Shown: piece after piece, positions 37,014 to 42,024 of the stretch
Position numbering within the stretch: the stretch's first letter is position 1
How the letters are laid out: each line of letters opens with the position of its first letter
Source: Planctomycetota bacterium
Lineage (GTDB): Bacteria; Planctomycetota; GCA-002687715; DRQF01
Assembly (NCBI GenBank): GCA_036479435.1
Contig: JAZGFI010000137.1
Span: 1-42,024 of the forward strand
Direction: 5' to 3'
DNA length: 42,024 nucleotides
Translations under genes and position numbers: made by a program
Notes under the pieces: model-generated
The model's input: the letters and a program-made list of their open reading frames with translations, nothing else
Databases searched by the model: none
Told to the model about the DNA's origin: nothing

Positions 37014-37860
37014 GGCTACGAACCTTGCCGAAGAACTGGGCAACGATGGTCAAGACCAGGGTCATCACAAACAGCGCCAATCCGCTGACAAAAAGTGCGG
37101 AACGATGATCGCCCATGGCGTAAGCCATCTCCAAGGCAATGTTCGCGGTCAAGGTGCGCGTCGGCTGAAACAGCTCGTCGGGAACTCTGACGACATTCCC
37201 CGTGACCATGATGACCGCCATTGTTTCGCCGATGGCCCGTGCCGCCGCCAAAAAGATTCCCGCGGTAATCCCCGAGCCCGCGGCCGGAATGACGACACGA
37301 CGCAAAGTCCGCCAACGATCAAGTCCGAGGGCCGCTGAACTTTGCTGGTACTCCTTCGACGCGCGAGCGATGCTGGCATCTGCAATCAGCGCGATCGTCG
37401 GGAGAATCATCAGCGCGAGGATGACACAACCCGCGAAAAGGTTTTGTCCGTGGGGGACGAACCTGGCAACCAAAGGCACGAAAGTCACCAAGCCCCAGAA
37501 CCCGTATATCACCGAGGGGATGCCCGCCATCAGGGCGATCATCCCGCGATAGAGGCTCGCAACCGGCGCGGGAGCGTAAGAGTTGCAAAAAACGGCGGCG
37601 CCGATGCCCAGTGGAGTCGCCAAAGCGACCGCGCCGAAACTCACCGCAAGCGTACCGAGCAACATGGGTGACAAGTTGTAGACATCTTCTGTGGGGTGCC
37701 ATCCCTCGTCGAAAAAGAAACGAGAGAGGCCCAAGTTCCTAAGCGCCGGCCAAGCCCCTAAGACCAAGTAAAGCAAGATGAAGAGAACGACGATTCCGGA
37801 AATTGCCGCAGAGCCACGCAAGATCCAAAGGAGTCGATCATTGCTCCGTGATGGGAACAA
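37006..37860 (-). CDS. pstC: Phosphate ABC transporter permease PstC
   Basis: W.P....Y...PM..GT, AGIPSVIYGFWGL, ILALMILPT, RAIGETMAV.MV.GN, RTLTANIALEM.YA.G.H..ALF..G. Confidence 0.92.
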   Translation of the reverse strand: MFPSRSNDRLLWILRGSAAISGIVVLFILLYLVLGAWPALRNLGLSRFFFDEGWHPTEDVYNLSPMLLGTLAVSFGAVALATPLGIGAAVFCNSYAPAPVASLYRGMIALMAGIPSVIYGFWGLVTFVPLVARFVPHGQNLFAGCVILALMILPTIALIADASIARASKEYQQSSAALGLDRWRTLRRVVIPAAGSGITAGIFLAAARAIGETMAVIMVTGNVVRVPDELFQPTRTLTANIALEMAYAMGDHRSALFVSGLALFVMTLVLTIVAQFFGKVRSHV

Positions 37861-38680
37861 AATACTGACTCCTGACGATGTCGTGGACCGCTTCCGAACG
37901 CGCGAAATCGATGAACTCCTTAGCGAGTCCCTTGGGCTCGCTAAGGCTCACGAAATTCAAGGGCCTCGAAATCGGAAAGGTCCCTTCCGCCACCGTCGCC
38001 AAGGTGGCGGGTATTCCGGCGATGGGCAAAAGCTTGATCGGGAGGCCGTGCGTGACCGCATACTCGGCCGCGCCAATAGAAACATAGGCAATGGCATTCT
38101 TGGTGGTCGACACGGTCTTGATGCCCTGTTCGTTATCGCCGATGACAACGTGGGGGCGCACTTCGGAGTTCTTCATCTTGAAGTAATGCAGGAACAGCTC
38201 AAGGGTCGACCGCCCCTCCGCTTTGTTGACAACCGTAATAGCTGCGTCCATTCCCCCGACTGTTTTCCAGTTGCCAATCTTCCCCTGGTAGATGGAAACA
38301 ACCTCGGTATCACTAAGGGAATTGATGGGATTGTCGCCATGCACGATCAGCGCTACGCCATCGCGAGCGACGGTGTAGGCCTTTAGATCTTTCTCTTTTT
38401 CCCCAAGGGCGCGCGAGACCATCCCGAGACCCGCCAAGCCTTGGCGTGCATCGTTGATACCGCGGCTCGAGCCACCGGTTTGCACATCGATCCGCACGCC
38501 GGGGTGAAGCGACTCAAAACGCTTGCCTATCTCAGACGCGAGCGGCGCGACCGTACTCGATCCCGTAAGAACGAGGGTTCGCCGTTCTTCAGATCCACTG
38601 CGTGAGCAAGCTGAAACCGCAAATGCAAGAACGAGCAACAAAAGTGGACGGATGAAGTCCCGAGAGCAAAGGTGAGGCAT
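37838..38680 (-). CDS. pstS: Phosphate-binding ABC lipoprotein (PstS family)
   Basis: Lipobox AVSAC; TGSSTVAP, GGSSRG, GMVSR, VARDG..LIVH..NP, G.I.NW..VGG, AI.Y.S, FPISRPL. Confidence 0.9.
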   Translation of the reverse strand: MPHLCSRDFIRPLLLLVLAFAVSACSRSGSEERRTLVLTGSSTVAPLASEIGKRFESLHPGVRIDVQTGGSSRGINDARQGLAGLGMVSRALGEKEKDLKAYTVARDGVALIVHGDNPINSLSDTEVVSIYQGKIGNWKTVGGMDAAITVVNKAEGRSTLELFLHYFKMKNSEVRPHVVIGDNEQGIKTVSTTKNAIAYVSIGAAEYAVTHGLPIKLLPIAGIPATLATVAEGTFPISRPLNFVSLSEPKGLAKEFIDFARSEAVHDIVRSQYFVPITEQ

Positions 38681-38731
38681 GGAGTTTCCCTTTAGCAACA
38701 ACAATTTGCCTGTCTTGGACCGATCTGCTTT

Positions 38732-38830
38732 TCGTCTCTTCAGCGGCGTCTGCTGATCGTCTCTTCACTGACGTTTGTCAATGGTCCTTCACTCACGTTC
38801 GAGGTTCGTCTCTTCACTCACGTTCGAGGT
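38732..38830. repeat. Four ~25-bp imperfect tandem repeats (TCGTCTCTTCACT.ACGT...) between the anti-sigma gene and pstS
   Basis: Units start at 38732, 38757, 38782 and 38806. The last two share CTTCACTCACGTTCGAGGT exactly. Confidence 0.8.
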
Positions 38831-39074
38831 CCTGCCGGATCCGCTCCTTCGCCTCCACGCTCAGTCCGTTCTCGCCACCTTCGCCCTCAGACGAAAGACA
38901 GCGAGCCATGAAGGAATCGAGGTCGCGAATTTGCCGCGCAAAACGCCGGCAAGCACGACACATGGCCAAATGCATACGCAAGATCATCCGGCTGCGCCCG
39001 GAAAGACGCCCGTCATGGGCCAAAGAAGCGTTCTTGGCCTGCTCGCGACAAGAAAAGAGACCCAGCACGCTCAC
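38814..39074 (-). CDS. Soluble zf-HC2 (ZAS) anti-sigma factor
   Basis: SCRE......S...D..L......LRMHLAMCRACRRF..Q (C...HxxxCxxC) and LS.EAKERI; translationally coupled to the sigma gene. Confidence 0.88.
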   Translation of the reverse strand: MSVLGLFSCREQAKNASLAHDGRLSGRSRMILRMHLAMCRACRRFARQIRDLDSFMARCLSSEGEGGENGLSVEAKERIRQDLERE

Positions 39075-39628
39075 TTAACCTCCGAAAACCAGGTGTGCTC
39101 AAGACAGGCGCGAAGCGCCAGCCTGGCACGATGGATCAGCACCCAATAGTTGGTCGTAGAAACCCCGTTTTCCTTACAAACAAGTTCAGAATTTTGCCCT
39201 TCAATCGCAGAAGCCACGAAAACGGCTGCCTGACGCGGCGGGAGCCCTTGGAGACAGTCAGCAAACTGAGCTCGAAACTCCGCGCTCTCAACCAGGTCAT
39301 CAGCCACCATCGCAAACTTGGCCGGGTCTTTTCGCCAACGATTCCTCGAGTCGAAAAACTCATCGTCCGCACTGAACGCTTCCGCGACCTCACCTTTCGT
39401 CCGAGCTCGCTGCCTATCGATGATCTTGTGACTCAGAATCCCGTGCAGCCAAGTCCGTTCACTGCTGTCGCCGCGAAAGCTCTCCTCAGAACGCAGAGCG
39501 GCCAACAGCGTCTCCTGCACCGCGTCCTCCGCGTCCGCACGACAAGCGAGACGAAGCAAAGCGTGCGCAAAGAGCGCATCTCCATGGGTCTCGACCCAAA
39601 GGACGGCAGTCGATCGTGAATCGCTCAT
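39071..39628 (-). CDS. ECF RNA polymerase sigma-70 factor (TIGR02943-like)
   Basis: AEDAVQETLLAA.....F.G.SSERTWL.GIL.HKIID, F......W...P, F...F..CL..LP, C....VS..N.WV.IHRARL.LR.CLE..WF. Confidence 0.92.
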   Translation of the reverse strand: MSDSRSTAVLWVETHGDALFAHALLRLACRADAEDAVQETLLAALRSEESFRGDSSERTWLHGILSHKIIDRQRARTKGEVAEAFSADDEFFDSRNRWRKDPAKFAMVADDLVESAEFRAQFADCLQGLPPRQAAVFVASAIEGQNSELVCKENGVSTTNYWVLIHRARLALRACLEHTWFSEVK

Positions 39629-39881
39629 CGCTCTCCCTTCAAACTGATCGCGGCGGCTGCATCAACTAACCCATGATACCCGGATCTGATTCCCGAGTTC
39701 TCCGCCGCAGAGCCGGAACTGGGCGAGTGATTCCATGGTGCCAGGCACCACGCCGTCACTTTCCGGTACCACCCTCCTGCGGCAAGGTGACGCTCTCAAC
39801 ACCCTCCGGCCGCCTGGCCAAAAAGCGGACGGAATACGATTTATTGTAACGTTGCGGCATCCGGCGCAGAGAGTGGGCACA

Positions 39882-41975
39882 ATGCAAGAACAAACCGTAT
39901 ACAAGCTGATGTCTCGCTATCGGGAGACGGGCCTCGCCGATGATCTTGGTGCTCTTTTCGACTTGGTCGCCCCGTCTTTGTTTCAAACGGCCCTTCACCT
40001 GACGAATGATCCTCAGGGCGCCGAGGATCTTCTTCAAGAGACCTTCTTGGCCGTGATGAAATCGATTGGTCGCTGGAATCCGAAGAAAAAAGCCTCCCCT
40101 TGGCTGATGGGAATCTTGAAACGGGAAGCTCAAATGCGAGCCCGGCGTGAGCGCCGCAAGCCTGCACCGGAACGCCTCGCAAACCAAAAGCAAACAACTC
40201 CTCAATCCGCGCTGGAGAAAAGCGAGGCCAGCCGCGCCCTACAAACCGCCGTCGCGGCTCTCCCCGATCTTTATCGTGAAGTAGTCGACATGGTGTTGAC
40301 GAACGGCGACGCCCCCGCCGAAATCGCCGCAAAGCTGAATTTGACGCCGGGTGCAATCCGCACGCGACTTCATCGCGGCATTTCGATCTTGAAGAAGGGA
40401 GTTCCCTCGGGAGTCGCCATCCCGGCGGCGCTACTGGTATTCCAGGGCACTAGCCTCGCGGCGGTCAGGAGTTCAGTGCTTGCACAGGCCAGCACCGTCA
40501 AGGCCAGCACTGCGACGGGTCTACTAACGATCAAGGTTCTGGCGGCGGTGGTGGGAGTTTCTCTTGTCGTGGGGGCGGCGATTCAAACCAATAAGTACTT
40601 CGCCGACGATGATGCTGCTGACGCTCTGGTCGAGACGGCCAACAACGAGACCGAACTTTCGATTCCCTTCGACGCCGATAAAAGCACACAAGAAGCGAGG
40701 AGGAGCATTCCTTCGAGTTCGTCCCCGGATTTGGCCGATCGACGAGCCGCTGGCGCCTCCAAGGACGGCGGCGCCGAGACACCGAAAACCGCGAAAGCGT
40801 CTTCTGAGACTCGCACCGGTAGCTTCGCCATGCACTACAAACAGGGCTACTCTTTCTCGAACGACGCCATCGTGCCGAAAGAGGAGGCGGACCTTTATTT
40901 CGAGACTTGCGCTGGCGGGATATCGAGCATTGTCTACACCTCAAAGAATGGCGTCGTCTCTTACCCAAAATCTGTATGGTCGCGCCGACATCTGCACACG
41001 CGACAACGCAGCGGTCAAAAAGACTACACGGCCAATTGCTATTTTCGGTCCGCGCTCGCACTCGATCTCAAGAGCATCAAGTGGTCCCATCGGATCAGTT
41101 GTGACGACAGGCGACCGCGTCAAGATGTCTTCGTAGTGAAAACCAAGGGCGGCGGCTTCGCGCTGTGCGCAATTCTTGAACGCTTGTCCGACGGTGGTTG
41201 GACCAAGAACCAAGCGCTGGTCGAGTATGTCTGGAACCCCAAGGAAGCGATCTTCGACGAGACTCGTTCAGCCAACCGTAGCGAAGGTGGATTCATGATC
41301 GACATGTCGGCATTCGAAGTGGATCACGCCCAGGTGGCGGCTGACCTCAAGAAGTCCCTTGAGAAAGAACGGCTCGAATCAGAAATACGTGCTCGTGCTT
41401 TAAGACACGGTCGTTCCGGCGACGGACGCAGGGTTGGAGTTGTCTTGTCATCTCGCTTCGCCTCAAAAATCACCAAGGACCGGCACTTGGCGTCCCTCTA
41501 TTCTTCATTTGATTTCACGCTAGCTCGCAATGAGGCCGTTCCGAAACGCGGTCGAGACCGCGACTTTTCTTACTCACCTTGGAAAGGTAGCCAGATTCGA
41601 CTTTGCACAGTGACGGGCGATCGGAGCAAAGGTTGGAATCTAGGCAACGTTGGGATCGGGAGTTGGAGCCTAGGCGTACTCCGCCAGAAGGCCCCCGCAG
41701 AGTACCTCAAGTGCTCGGCCGGGTCCCTTCTTCTGATTCACTCTCTGGATAGTCGCATCAATCGTTGGACGGAGATGAAAGTTCTCGACGTGGATGACAA
41801 AGCGGTCGTCTTCAACTGGCAAATCATCGAAGACAAAACCCGCATCATGGAAATCGAAGAGCTCCTTCATGACCCAAGCAAGGATATGAGATATCCGATG
41901 GGTGTGGCTCCTTTGCGACGACGATGTTGTCGGTCATCCCGCGAGTCTCAATTTTCCACCTTCGTAGTTTCGTAG
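39882..41975 (+). CDS. ECF sigma factor with TM helix and large extracytoplasmic extension, probably truncated by an IS insertion at ~41900
   Basis: Sigma2 (AEDLLQETFL..W......PWL.GI) and sigma4 (LP..YREVV.....G....EIA..L....G.IRTRLHRG), then an Ala-rich region, hydrophobic VLAAVVGVSLVVG and beta-rich domains. The last ~25 codons read into IS sequence. Confidence 0.85.
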   Translation: MQEQTVYKLMSRYRETGLADDLGALFDLVAPSLFQTALHLTNDPQGAEDLLQETFLAVMKSIGRWNPKKKASPWLMGILKREAQMRARRERRKPAPERLANQKQTTPQSALEKSEASRALQTAVAALPDLYREVVDMVLTNGDAPAEIAAKLNLTPGAIRTRLHRGISILKKGVPSGVAIPAALLVFQGTSLAAVRSSVLAQASTVKASTATGLLTIKVLAAVVGVSLVVGAAIQTNKYFADDDAADALVETANNETELSIPFDADKSTQEARRSIPSSSSPDLADRRAAGASKDGGAETPKTAKASSETRTGSFAMHYKQGYSFSNDAIVPKEEADLYFETCAGGISSIVYTSKNGVVSYPKSVWSRRHLHTRQRSGQKDYTANCYFRSALALDLKSIKWSHRISCDDRRPRQDVFVVKTKGGGFALCAILERLSDGGWTKNQALVEYVWNPKEAIFDETRSANRSEGGFMIDMSAFEVDHAQVAADLKKSLEKERLESEIRARALRHGRSGDGRRVGVVLSSRFASKITKDRHLASLYSSFDFTLARNEAVPKRGRDRDFSYSPWKGSQIRLCTVTGDRSKGWNLGNVGIGSWSLGVLRQKAPAEYLKCSAGSLLLIHSLDSRINRWTEMKVLDVDDKAVVFNWQIIEDKTRIMEIEELLHDPSKDMRYPMGVAPLRRRCCRSSRESQFSTFVVS

Positions 41976-42024
41976 GTGGTTTTCATGTAGCCGTTGCCGT
42001 TGGTGGAAGCGCCAGTATTCGTCA
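41900..42024 (-). mobile_element. Right end of an ISKra4-family element (transposase C-terminus and terminal inverted repeat), continuing beyond the window
   Basis: The minus strand 42023-41934 reads DEYWRFHQRQRLHENHLRNYEGGKLRLAG*, resembling the D.YW.FH...E..RNH..Y tail I recall for ISKra4 transposases. It is followed by AAAGGAGCCACACCC, resembling their terminal repeat. Confidence 0.72.

Noticed and set aside
38732..38830. Mini CRISPR array
   Set aside because: The period is only ~25 bp with no unique spacers of CRISPR length, and no cas genes are present.
1..42024. rRNA, tRNA or riboswitch genes
   Set aside because: None recognised by eye in the short intergenic regions; a covariance-model search was not possible.

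Overview
GC-rich bacterial window, probably from an uncultured Planctomycetota (inferred from a planctomycete-type small protein and a membrane-anchored ECF sigma factor). Its centre is a tightly packed ~20 kb minus-strand respiratory operon (29554->9411): narC-narG-narH-narJ-narI-narK-narK-actA-actB-actC-actD-actE-actF, then a diheme NorC-like cytochrome and a strongly divergent NorB-like heme-copper-superfamily subunit. By manual alignment to cNOR, the NorB-like protein has Cys at the first FeB His, Val at the FeB Glu and Met at the second low-spin heme His. A sigma54 -24/-12 promoter precedes the operon. Nearby lie a GAFTGA-containing response regulator and a histidine kinase with a four-Cys PAS motif. 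No nirS, nirK, nrfA, nosZ or norQ/norD is recognisable in the window. Flanking genes: an alginate-export-type porin and a hemerythrin protein; an RHH/nucleotidyltransferase TA-like pair; a CMD protein; pstSCAB with a frameshifted pstB, downstream of an ECF sigma/zf-HC2 pair; a membrane sulfatase-like protein; a decayed GH42-like gene; an IS256 remnant; and an ECF sigma fusion apparently cut by an ISKra4-like element at the right edge. All calls come from motif recognition by eye; no database searches were run.
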